DNA from: an uncultured Gammaproteobacteria bacterium
GTDB lineage: Bacteria > Patescibacteriota > Microgenomatia > UBA10105 > UBA927
Assembly (NCBI GenBank): GCA_964449675.1
Contig: CAYVAR010000001.1
Location: forward strand, 44,877-108,876
Direction: 5' to 3'
Length of the DNA: 64,000 nt
Below are positions 56,596 to 64,000 of the stretch, in pieces. The notes beneath the pieces are model-generated. The model saw nothing but the letters and a program-made list of their open reading frames with translations, was not told the DNA's origin and did no database searches. Both the position numbers and the translations under genes were made by a program. Every line of letters begins with the position of its first letter. The stretch's first letter is position 1.

Positions 56596-58356
56596 TTATC
56601 CAAACGTAAACGCGTAGAGGTCGATGGTACCGTCGAGGAATTCGAGCTTTAAAGTATGTTCTCCCGGAGTTGAAAGCTTGATAAGTTTATAGAGGCGATC
56701 AGAATCGATGGTTACAATACCTTCTTTTGTATCTTCACCTGCAACGTTTATCGTCAGCGATTGATTATCCAATGTTACTCGTATTCTTCCGGTAAGCCCT
56801 TCGGTTTTCGGACGCATGACGAGGAAGACTTCTTTGGCATCGAAGCGATAGGTAAGGGAAGAGCCTTGAGCAGGACTTGCGTACTCATCTCCGATCATCC
56901 ATTGGCCACTGAGTGCAAATGAATTCCTGTTAAGGTTTGTTGGCGTAGTATAGAGAGTACCTTCATCAACCTTTACTCTTTCAGGAGAAGCAAGACCACT
57001 CATTCTCCGAAATCCTAGATACGTTTCCGGAGTACGTGTTTGCACTTGATACGTTGGATTGCTTATAGAAACATCGCCAACAAGTGATCCTGATTCTTCC
57101 AAAAGTTCCTGGATTTTTTTCTCGGTCTCGTCATAATTCCCTTCACCAAAATGCGTGTAGCGGATACGGCCATCTTTATCAATCAAATATTTTGCCGGCC
57201 AATACCTGTTGTTGTACGCATTCCATGTTGCGTAGTTATTGTCCTGCATTACCGCATATTCAAGGCCGAAATCTTTAATAGCTTTGGCTACGTTGTCAGG
57301 ATTTTTTTCAAATTCAAACTCCGGTGTGTGGACGCCGATGATCACGAGTCCTTTATCTTTATACTTGGCATGCCACGATTTGAGGTAAGGAAGTGTTCGA
57401 ATACAATTTATGCACGTATATGTCCAAAAGTCTACAAGGACTACCTTTCCGTGAAGACTTTTTATTGTAAGAGCTTGTCCTGAGCTTGTCGAAGGATTAA
57501 ACCATCTTCCTCCTGAGATAAGCTCCGGTGCAGGACCTAAGTCGGGCGCAAGGAGCTTATTGAGCACATTTTTTTGAGGTTTTTGAGGAGCGCGAAGCAC
57601 ATCGAGCTGCTTTTTAACTGCGCTATTATCTTCAAACTTTGTGAGCCCGACGCCATAGTTTGGAAATTTGTCGAGGATAAAGGTTTGAAATTTTCTATCC
57701 AGTTGCAAGTAAATACTTATGCCAGCAATGATCATCAAAACTCCAAATGCTTTTTGAATTTTTCCACTGCTTGCCAGGAGCCAAGGTACTTTTTGCAGCA
57801 ACGTTCTGCCGCTGTAGGTGATTGCCAGAAGTGGCATTGACGTCCCGATAGCATAGGCAAGCGTAATGATAAACGCATCTGTCGTTACCGTGCTTGTTAC
57901 CGCAATAGTGATGATTGAGGCAAGAATTGGTCCGACGCATGGTGTCCAGACAAGCCCGAGGCTTAAACCGATCAGAAGTCCCGCAATCAGATCCGGTCTA
58001 TGGTTGGCTGTATCCGGATTGGATTGGTTTATTGGAACAAGACCTGCAAATTTTGAGAAAAACTGCTCCATGCGCACTTGAAATTTTGGATACAATAAAC
58101 TTAAGCCAAATGTCGCTACGATGACAACAGAGAGATTACGCAGAAAATCTGCAGAGAGTCCGGTAGACTTAACAATCGCGGTGAGGAAAAGAGTAAAAAA
58201 AGTAAAACTTGCAATAAAGCCAAGGATAATGCCAATCGGTCGCTTTTTGCCGCCGGTGAGGGATCCGGAAAGCACGATGGGTAGAATCGGAAGAATGCAC
58301 GGAGAAAGTATCGTAACGATACCTGCCAGGAATGAAAAGAGTATGAGAAGAAACAT
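56596..58356 (-). CDS. DsbD/CcdA-like membrane thiol:disulfide transporter fused to a periplasmic TlpA/ResA-type thioredoxin domain and a C-terminal beta-rich domain.
   Basis: The CcdA transmembrane cysteines CILPILPIV and CVGPILASI are followed by the thioredoxin motif WTYTCINC. Confidence 0.75.
   Translation of the reverse strand: MFLLILFSFLAGIVTILSPCILPILPIVLSGSLTGGKKRPIGIILGFIASFTFFTLFLTAIVKSTGLSADFLRNLSVVIVATFGLSLLYPKFQVRMEQFFSKFAGLVPINQSNPDTANHRPDLIAGLLIGLSLGLVWTPCVGPILASIITIAVTSTVTTDAFIITLAYAIGTSMPLLAITYSGRTLLQKVPWLLASSGKIQKAFGVLMIIAGISIYLQLDRKFQTFILDKFPNYGVGLTKFEDNSAVKKQLDVLRAPQKPQKNVLNKLLAPDLGPAPELISGGRWFNPSTSSGQALTIKSLHGKVVLVDFWTYTCINCIRTLPYLKSWHAKYKDKGLVIIGVHTPEFEFEKNPDNVAKAIKDFGLEYAVMQDNNYATWNAYNNRYWPAKYLIDKDGRIRYTHFGEGNYDETEKKIQELLEESGSLVGDVSISNPTYQVQTRTPETYLGFRRMSGLASPERVKVDEGTLYTTPTNLNRNSFALSGQWMIGDEYASPAQGSSLTYRFDAKEVFLVMRPKTEGLTGRIRVTLDNQSLTINVAGEDTKEGIVTIDSDRLYKLIKLSTPGEHTLKLEFLDGTIDLYAFTFG
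56600..56635 (+). repeat. Right copy of the ~28-bp direct repeat; this is the native 3' end of the dsbD-like CDS.
   Basis: See the 55917-55954 entry. 27 of 28 nt are identical. Confidence 0.55.
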
Positions 58357-58357
58357 G

Positions 58358-58795
58358 CTACTGTTTTGTTTTTAGTCTGTTTATGATGTCATTGACATCG
58401 CCGCCATTCCAAGTTTGGAGTGCATTGCCAACTTTATCAACTTCGACAAACGTATGCTGGTACGTTACTCCGTACCTCGTCTTAAGTGCTGTTTCACTAT
58501 CATAATCAGTTTTCAAAATGACAACGCCTTCTGGTATTTGATTGGGATTATCACTGAGCGCTTTATCCAGTGGTCGACACGTTGGACACCAGGGTGCGTG
58601 GAAGTAGAGAACCCGGCGTTTGTCCGCCGCCGCGTCAAATGCAGTTTCTGAGTAAGGAATGTATCGATCAGTTTGACTTGCTACTTGAGGCGGCTGTGTT
58701 TCCCTAGTGTACGTTGGTGAGGAAGTAGATTTCACTGTAAAAAGAATACCTCCCACCACGAGAACTGCAACTACAATACCAATTATTTTTTTCAT
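58358..58795 (-). CDS. Membrane-anchored thioredoxin-family protein.
   Basis: An N-terminal transmembrane segment precedes the thioredoxin active site HAPWCPTC. Confidence 0.7.
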   Translation of the reverse strand: MKKIIGIVVAVLVVGGILFTVKSTSSPTYTRETQPPQVASQTDRYIPYSETAFDAAADKRRVLYFHAPWCPTCRPLDKALSDNPNQIPEGVVILKTDYDSETALKTRYGVTYQHTFVEVDKVGNALQTWNGGDVNDIINRLKTKQ

Positions 58796-58851
58796 TGTTT
58801 ACGTTTCAGTATAGCACAATCTTTGATTATTTAAGGTAAAATACGGGAAGT

Positions 58852-59826
58852 ATGACGCTCCCACTTAACTGGGTCGATTGGATTATCCTTGCTGCTATTT
58901 TTTACTTTCTCGTTGATGGATGGCAAGCAGGACTTGTTTCGCTCGTAGAAAGTTTATTAGCGTTTTTGGGATCACTTTGGTTATCTATAAAATACCATGC
59001 GTTGGTAGGAAATTTTCTTGTTGAAAAATTCGGAATCCCGCAACTTTGGTCATCAGTCGTCGGATATATCATCGTTGGTTTTGTTGCTGATATTGTTATT
59101 CGTGAAGTTCTCACTATGCTCATCGGGAAACTTCCCAAAAAACTCGTAGAGTCAAAGACAAATCAATGGCTCGGGTCGATTGTTTCAGGTGTCAACGGCA
59201 TTATCCTTGTCACGTTTGTACTTCTTCTTGTTACTGCGTTACCAATTCGAGGAACGGTAAAAAATGATATCAGACAATCTACAGTAGGTAAACAACTACT
59301 TTTACTTGCCAATCGGTATGCCGGACAAGTGAAATCGACCTTAGATGAAGCGACGAAAGAAGCACTCAAATTTATTACGGTACAGCCTACGTCAAAAGAG
59401 CGCATTGTTTTGGACGTAACTCCTGGCAAAAATCAGCTTTCGATCGATAACCAGGCGGAGGTTACAATGCTTGAACTACTTAATAAGGAACGTGAAAAAG
59501 TAGGTGCACCACTTCTCGTTATTGACTCCAAAATTACCCAAGTCGCTCGATTACATAGTCGCGATATGTTTGAACGTAAATACTTTTCGCATATTACTCC
59601 GGAAGGGAAAGATGCTGGAGACAGGTTACAAGCGGGTGGAGTAGCCTATGAGGTGGCCGGAGAAAATCTCGCCTACGCACCGGATGTAAATACTGCACAT
59701 CATGGACTTATGAATAGCGAAGGACACCGGAAAAATATTCTTGATCCCCAGTTTCACCATATTGGCATCGGCGTCATTGACGGAGGAGTCTACGGCAAGA
59801 TGTTTGTCCAAAACTTCACGGATTAA
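58852..59826 (+). CDS. CvpA-family membrane protein fused to a C-terminal CAP/SCP (PR-1-like) domain.
   Basis: Four N-terminal transmembrane segments resemble CvpA. The C-terminus contains GHRKNILDPQFHHIGIGV, a CAP-domain signature. Confidence 0.6.
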   Translation: MTLPLNWVDWIILAAIFYFLVDGWQAGLVSLVESLLAFLGSLWLSIKYHALVGNFLVEKFGIPQLWSSVVGYIIVGFVADIVIREVLTMLIGKLPKKLVESKTNQWLGSIVSGVNGIILVTFVLLLVTALPIRGTVKNDIRQSTVGKQLLLLANRYAGQVKSTLDEATKEALKFITVQPTSKERIVLDVTPGKNQLSIDNQAEVTMLELLNKEREKVGAPLLVIDSKITQVARLHSRDMFERKYFSHITPEGKDAGDRLQAGGVAYEVAGENLAYAPDVNTAHHGLMNSEGHRKNILDPQFHHIGIGVIDGGVYGKMFVQNFTD

Positions 59827-59836
59827 TTTTCTTATC

Positions 59837-59866
59837 ATGTTATCATGTTTTAAAACAAGATAACAT
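59837..59866. repeat. Copy 3 of the 30-bp palindrome ATGTTATCATGTTTTAAAACAAGATAACAT.
   Basis: It lies 11 bp after the stop of the CvpA-CAP gene and 17 bp before the MGMT gene start, and is identical to copy 1. Confidence 0.5.
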
Positions 59867-59882
59867 GAAATGATTAGGAACT

Positions 59883-60182
59883 ATGATGGTTGCAGAACGA
59901 GTGCACACAATCATTAAGAAAATTCCTAAGGGAAAGGTTGCGACCTACAAACAAATAGCAAGCCTTGCTGGAAATATTCATCCGCGATACATTGGTTATC
60001 TCCTTCATCATAACCCAGATCCAAAGACGATCCCATGTCATCGGGTAGTAAATGCTCAGGGAAAGCTTGCGAAGCAATATGCGTTTAGTGGAATTGAAGG
60101 ACAAAAAATGAAACTTGAACAAGAAGGGATCACAGTGAAAGAGGATGAGGTAGATCTTGATCGATATTTATGGAAACAATAA
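59883..60182 (+). CDS. MGMT-family (O6-alkylguanine-DNA alkyltransferase DNA-binding domain) protein, 99 aa.
   Basis: Contains the PCHRVV active-site motif with its Cys, within a winged-helix domain, and lacks the N-terminal domain. Confidence 0.75.
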   Translation: MMVAERVHTIIKKIPKGKVATYKQIASLAGNIHPRYIGYLLHHNPDPKTIPCHRVVNAQGKLAKQYAFSGIEGQKMKLEQEGITVKEDEVDLDRYLWKQ

Positions 60183-60257
60183 ATTGTCATCCTGCTAGTC
60201 ACCCGCCATCCCGTCGACTTCGCTTAAAGGCAAGCTAGTCTTTTGGATAATCAAACG

Positions 60258-61031
60258 TTAGCTCGATAGCCAACCACCATCTACATATAGTGTCGCACCG
60301 GTGGTGTAACTTGCTTCGTTTGAGGATAGATACACGACTGCTCCTGCAATTTCTTCTGGTTTTCCTGCGCGTTTGAGTGGCACGCGGGAAAGAAACGTTT
60401 GGGCCTGCGTCGGGTCTTTAAGCATATTTTGTGTCATTTCTGTTTCGATGATTCCGGGGCCAATGCAATTGACAAGTATTCCCATTGGCGCAAGCTCATC
60501 AGCAAGCGCTTCGGTCATCGCGACAATACCGCCTTTGCTTGCGCAGTAATGTGCGACAGAGGGAAACCCTACGCCAACGCCGCCTGAGGCAATAGATGCG
60601 ATATTTATAATGCGCCTTCCGCCAGCTGGCGGATTATTTTTTTTCATTTCTCGTGCAGCTGCCTGAGCAACGAGAAAATACCCTTTGAGATTTGTGTCAA
60701 TGGTTTTATCCCACTGTGCTTCAGTCATATCAAGAAATGGACTAAACTCGGCAACTCCAGCATTATTAAGTAGTATATCGAGACGACCGTACGTTTGGAC
60801 TGTCTGGTTGATCGCTGATTGGATGTCCTCTTTTTTGGTAACATCCATTTGTACGGCAAGCGCTTCATGCCCGTTTTCTTTTATTTCCGTAGCAAGCGCC
60901 TTGAGCCGATCAATTCTTCGTGCGGCAACAGCGACTTTTGCACCCTGGTTGGCAAGGGCAATTGCCGAGGCTTTTCCGATACCGCTACTTGCTCCCGTAA
61001 CGAATGCAACTTTTCCGGTCAAATCAAACAT
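60258..61031 (-). CDS. SDR-family oxidoreductase (FabG-like).
   Basis: Contains TGASSGIGKA, NNAG and YCASKGG. Confidence 0.85.
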   Translation of the reverse strand: MFDLTGKVAFVTGASSGIGKASAIALANQGAKVAVAARRIDRLKALATEIKENGHEALAVQMDVTKKEDIQSAINQTVQTYGRLDILLNNAGVAEFSPFLDMTEAQWDKTIDTNLKGYFLVAQAAAREMKKNNPPAGGRRIINIASIASGGVGVGFPSVAHYCASKGGIVAMTEALADELAPMGILVNCIGPGIIETEMTQNMLKDPTQAQTFLSRVPLKRAGKPEEIAGAVVYLSSNEASYTTGATLYVDGGWLSS

Positions 61032-61035
61032 ATTT

Positions 61036-61150
61036 AGGAGTTACGCACTTTTGTCATCGCGAGACCGTTCTGACGGCGAAGCGATCTCTCATTGACGAAT
61101 ATGAGATTGCCGCGTCGCTCTCGCTCCTCGCAATGACAGTTTGTGTAAGT
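61036..61150. repeat. MITE-like copy A of the TIR-element family seen around the GIY-YIG gene.
   Basis: Left end ACGCACTTTTGTCATCGCGAG ... CGAAGCGATCTCTC; right end CGCTCCTCGCAATGACAG. It shares 25 bp plus further blocks with copy B (63655-63775) and with the ends of the element at 5630-6010. Confidence 0.4.
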
Positions 61151-61160
61151 CATGCATATT

Positions 61161-61805
61161 CTATTTTTTCCGAAATATTAAAAGACCTCTATAGATGAGT
61201 ATGACTGTCATTATGAGAAAAACAAACGTGCTCGCCGGAGGAAATGAAGGATTAGCAAGTTCCGGCGTGACTTTAACTTTTCCCTGCCACCAGCTGATCC
61301 ATCCTTGATACTTCATGATGACGAGATGAAGATACACAGCGATAAATGCCGTATGCCCAGCGATTTTTTGTCGCCATCGCCATGAGTCTGAACCAAGCGC
61401 TGTAATGCTCTTGTTCGATGATATCGATGCTACATATACCCATATCGCTATCGCAATACCCCCAAATGTTATCGGAGTAATTTCGTTTATAAACCATGAG
61501 ACGGGAAACTTATTTGGTAATAGAAAGACAGAATAATAGACGTGGAAAAGTGCTAAGGCAAGGGCGAGTAATCCAAGTTCACGTCGAATCGGCATAAAAA
61601 GGGAAAATAATCGATATCGATGCGCAAGCGGGCCGATAATGAGGGTAAGTCCTGCGACCACAGCTGATGTTGAGCCAAAAACTTTGTTAATAATATAGTC
61701 GTTATAGTACCCGCGCCTGAGCCAAAGGTATAAAGAGAAAAGGAGAAAAACGATACCGGTAATACCTATGCTTTTTATCCATCGGGCAGTTACTTCTTTA
61801 TTCAT
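61161..61805 (-). CDS. Polytopic membrane protein (about 6 transmembrane segments), possibly a ferric-reductase/MsrQ-like haem-binding domain.
   Basis: Conserved His residues sit within transmembrane helices (LALFHVYY, AGHTAFIAVYLH). Placement next to the DsbA/VKOR genes suggests a redox role; the family assignment is weak. Confidence 0.35.
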   Translation of the reverse strand: MNKEVTARWIKSIGITGIVFLLFSLYLWLRRGYYNDYIINKVFGSTSAVVAGLTLIIGPLAHRYRLFSLFMPIRRELGLLALALALFHVYYSVFLLPNKFPVSWFINEITPITFGGIAIAIWVYVASISSNKSITALGSDSWRWRQKIAGHTAFIAVYLHLVIMKYQGWISWWQGKVKVTPELANPSFPPASTFVFLIMTVILIYRGLLIFRKK

Positions 61806-61821
61806 ACCTTCCCTTCTTATA

Positions 61822-62448
61822 TTACTTGAGCGCGCGTTCCACTTCCACTCGTATATCACTATATGAAGTTAAAATGAGCTTTTTTCCGTTGAGGTAGAAT
61901 GTTGGCGTTGAATTAACTCCAATTTTTAGACCGTAATCTCGATCGAGCGAGACATTGGCTTTTGTCTTCGGGTCACTCAGCGAGTCGGTAAAATCTTTTT
62001 CATTGAGATTCAGTTGTTTTGCTAAATCGACAAAAAGGGCTTCAGAAAGATTTTCCTGATTGGTAAAAAGCAGGTCATACATCTCCCAAAATTTTCCTTG
62101 GACACCAGCAGCTTCTGCAACAATCGCAGCCTTCAAACCAAACGGATGCTGCGCCAGAGGAAAATGACGATAGACAAAAAATAATCTTTCTCTATTTTTT
62201 TCAACGACTTCATCAACAAACGGTTTAGCAGCTTTGCACGCTGGACATTGAAAATCAGAAAATTCTACTAAATAGGTCGATGCGCTCGCATTTCCTTTTC
62301 CATGGGGCTGCTGTCCCAAAAGTTCGCTTTTTGGAAGTGTTGGTTGTACGGGAGCGGGACGGGAAAAGAAAATAGCCGCAATAGCAATAAGAAGAATAGA
62401 TGCACCAGTAACTCCTAAAAATAACTTAGATTCTCCCGTCAATCTCAT
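61822..62448 (-). CDS. DsbA-like thiol:disulfide oxidoreductase (BdbD-like).
   Basis: A transmembrane anchor precedes the CPAC active site FSDFQCPACK. Confidence 0.7.
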   Translation of the reverse strand: MRLTGESKLFLGVTGASILLIAIAAIFFSRPAPVQPTLPKSELLGQQPHGKGNASASTYLVEFSDFQCPACKAAKPFVDEVVEKNRERLFFVYRHFPLAQHPFGLKAAIVAEAAGVQGKFWEMYDLLFTNQENLSEALFVDLAKQLNLNEKDFTDSLSDPKTKANVSLDRDYGLKIGVNSTPTFYLNGKKLILTSYSDIRVEVERALK

Positions 62449-62894
62449 ATTTTTTCCAGTGTATAGCTTTTCAGTGTGAGAAGAAAAATCGTGACCATAT
62501 TAACTGCAGATACTGCGCACCAGGTGCAGACCGCTCGGATGACAAATAGTTCTGTATAGGTAAACCAGGATACAAAGAAAACACCGAATATTGACATACC
62601 CAGGATGCCCTTAAGAAATTGAAAATTGTTATTAGACTTCGTTGTTCGAAGAAATGAAAGAATTGCAATAATTGAATAACCGATGAGTCCAACTCCGGGG
62701 ACAGGAAATCCGAATAAATAACTCGATGGACTTTTTCTGACTGTCTCGCACCCAGTGTTTACACATACTATGGGTGCTTGCCGTACAAAACTTTGGAAAA
62801 CATATATTGCTATGACAATACCAACAAGTGAGAGGATAAATATGATTCGATTGAGTTTTTTCGTTTGTACTTCGCTAACTAGCATTTGCTTCAT
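62445..62894 (-). CDS. Vitamin K epoxide reductase (VKOR) family protein.
   Basis: A polytopic membrane protein with the loop Cys pair CVNTGC and the active site CTWC, overlapping the DsbA-like gene (VKOR-DsbA pairing). Confidence 0.75.
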   Translation of the reverse strand: MKQMLVSEVQTKKLNRIIFILSLVGIVIAIYVFQSFVRQAPIVCVNTGCETVRKSPSSYLFGFPVPGVGLIGYSIIAILSFLRTTKSNNNFQFLKGILGMSIFGVFFVSWFTYTELFVIRAVCTWCAVSAVNMVTIFLLTLKSYTLEKI

Positions 62895-62989
62895 GTTGAT
62901 CTAATTATCGCTTACGCCAGGCAAAAATACTGTGATGTAGATTACAGGGAGTATAATATGGGTGAAATCTATTAAACAGCGCAGAATTT

Positions 62990-63637
62990 ATGTATGAAGA
63001 GATGACATCGGTAGGCATATCGGCTTTTTTTTCAAAGTTTCCAAAGCTTGTTGTAAAAACAAAAACAACTATCCTGCGTGGAGATCAACAACCGAAGGCC
63101 CTCTTTTTTCTCGAGTCGGGATACGTAAAACAGTATAGCGTTTCGCCAGCAGGCGAGATGCTCATGATGACTATATATAAGCCTGGTTCATGTTTTCCTC
63201 TGATGTGGGCGCTAGAGGACATCCCCAACACGACATTTCTCGAAACCGTTTCCCCAGTGGTGATGCGAAAAGTTCCCAAAGAGCGATTTTTGGAACTGCT
63301 GCATACGCATCCGGATATTTTGTTTGCCTACGCAAAACGAATCGTTAAAGGACTCAATGGACTCATGAAACGCATGGAGCTTCTCGTATTTGACCGCGCA
63401 AATATGCGCGTTGCTCTGATTCTTTCGTATTTTGCCCGTTCATTTGGCGAGAAAGCTCATGGGTCCATCACCCTGCCGATTCTTCTGCCACACAAAGAGC
63501 TTGCAGCTTGGTGTGGGTTGACGAGGGAAACAACAAGCGTCGAAATGGCTCGCCTCGTAAAGGGCGGAGTCATTTCCTATAATCACCGCTTCATCGTGAT
63601 TCAAAATCTCCCAAAACTCGAGCATGCATCTATTTAA
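62990..63637 (+). CDS. Crp/Fnr-family transcriptional regulator.
   Basis: An N-terminal cNMP-binding-like beta-roll is followed by the C-terminal HTH RETTSVEMARLVKGGVI. Confidence 0.75.
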   Translation: MYEEMTSVGISAFFSKFPKLVVKTKTTILRGDQQPKALFFLESGYVKQYSVSPAGEMLMMTIYKPGSCFPLMWALEDIPNTTFLETVSPVVMRKVPKERFLELLHTHPDILFAYAKRIVKGLNGLMKRMELLVFDRANMRVALILSYFARSFGEKAHGSITLPILLPHKELAAWCGLTRETTSVEMARLVKGGVISYNHRFIVIQNLPKLEHASI

Positions 63638-63654
63638 TACTGACTAACTACAGG

Positions 63655-63775
63655 ACTCACGCACTTTGTCATCGCGAGTCCGCGCACCATCCGATGGTGC
63701 GCGGACGTGGCGATCTCTCCGATATTTTAAAAATTGCTTCGCCAGCGGCTCGTAATGACAAGGAATACGTCGATA
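63655..63775. repeat. MITE-like copy B of the TIR-element family.
   Basis: AGGACTCACGCACTTTGTCATCGCGAG ... (perfect internal 13-bp palindrome TCCGCGCACCATC/GATGGTGCGCGGA) ... GGCGATCTCTC ... CTCGTAATGACAAGG ... CACTGCGTAAGTCCT, where the outer ends are themselves inverted repeats. Confidence 0.4.
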
Positions 63776-63800
63776 CACTGCGTAAGTCCTGTAACTAAAT

Positions 63801-64000
63801 TATTTTTTAGCAAACGAATTATAGGCAGTTGCAAATATATATCCGATAAACCATCCATAAGCAGTCGCCGTCACAAATCCTAAAACAAGAGACTCAATGG
63901 AAAAGTTCCACGAACTTATTTTTGACAGATCTATGCCATGGAACCATGATCTTGTGACATTCATGGTAAATTCAGGAAATAATGCGACAGCTGTTGCACA
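63801..64000 (-). CDS. Partial CDS (C-terminal end) of a hydrophobic membrane protein; the gene continues beyond the window.
   Basis: The minus-strand frame ending ...LGFVTATAYGWFIGYIFATAYNSFAKK-stop is open to the window edge. Confidence 0.25.

Noticed and set aside
1-64000. CRISPR arrays and rRNA or tRNA genes.
   Set aside because: No regularly spaced direct repeats with unique spacers were found, and no rRNA-like conserved blocks. I did not spot any clear tRNA cloverleaf (GTTCGAAT-type T-loop with acceptor pairing) in the intergenic regions, although a by-eye scan cannot exclude a tRNA.

Overview
This is a low-GC (~40%), gene-dense bacterial window whose character suggests a CPR/Patescibacteria-like genome. 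Evidence: Lys-rich extensions on rpsO and rpsL, an AlaRS without the C-Ala domain, no fusA after rpsG, many small membrane proteins, and three toxin-antitoxin pairs. The standard genetic code is in use.

Confidently recognisable housekeeping genes:
- rpsO and pnp
- RNase J
- ftsK and a rodZ-like gene
- def, cutA, dtd
- alaS and leuS
- mltG
- rpoB, rpoC, rpsL and rpsG
- an alkA-like glycosylase and an MGMT-family gene
- azlCD
- a sortase, an M23 peptidase and an AMP/thymidine phosphorylase
- a thiol-redox cluster: DsbD-like CcdA-thioredoxin fusion, thioredoxin, DsbA-like and VKOR proteins, and a Crp/Fnr regulator

Accessory content (VapBC x2, BrnTA):
- A TIR-bounded element carrying a GIY-YIG gene with an in-frame amber codon, plus two ORF-less miniature copies of it.
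- A sharply delimited ~2.8 kb high-GC island encoding two unknown membrane proteins.
- A 30-bp AT-rich palindrome present three times, each immediately downstream of a stop codon.
- A BrnTA cassette flanked by a 28-bp direct repeat that duplicates the 3' end of the dsbD-like gene.
- A Lon homologue reduced to its AAA+ module.
- A probable phage-derived island at 36.4-43.7 kb: a tail-fibre-like fragment, a putative cell-wall hydrolase, VapBC, the M23 peptidase, an 856-aa acidic orphan protein and a disrupted DinD/Bro-like gene.

I identified no rRNA, tRNA or CRISPR; several leader and intergenic hairpins look regulatory.
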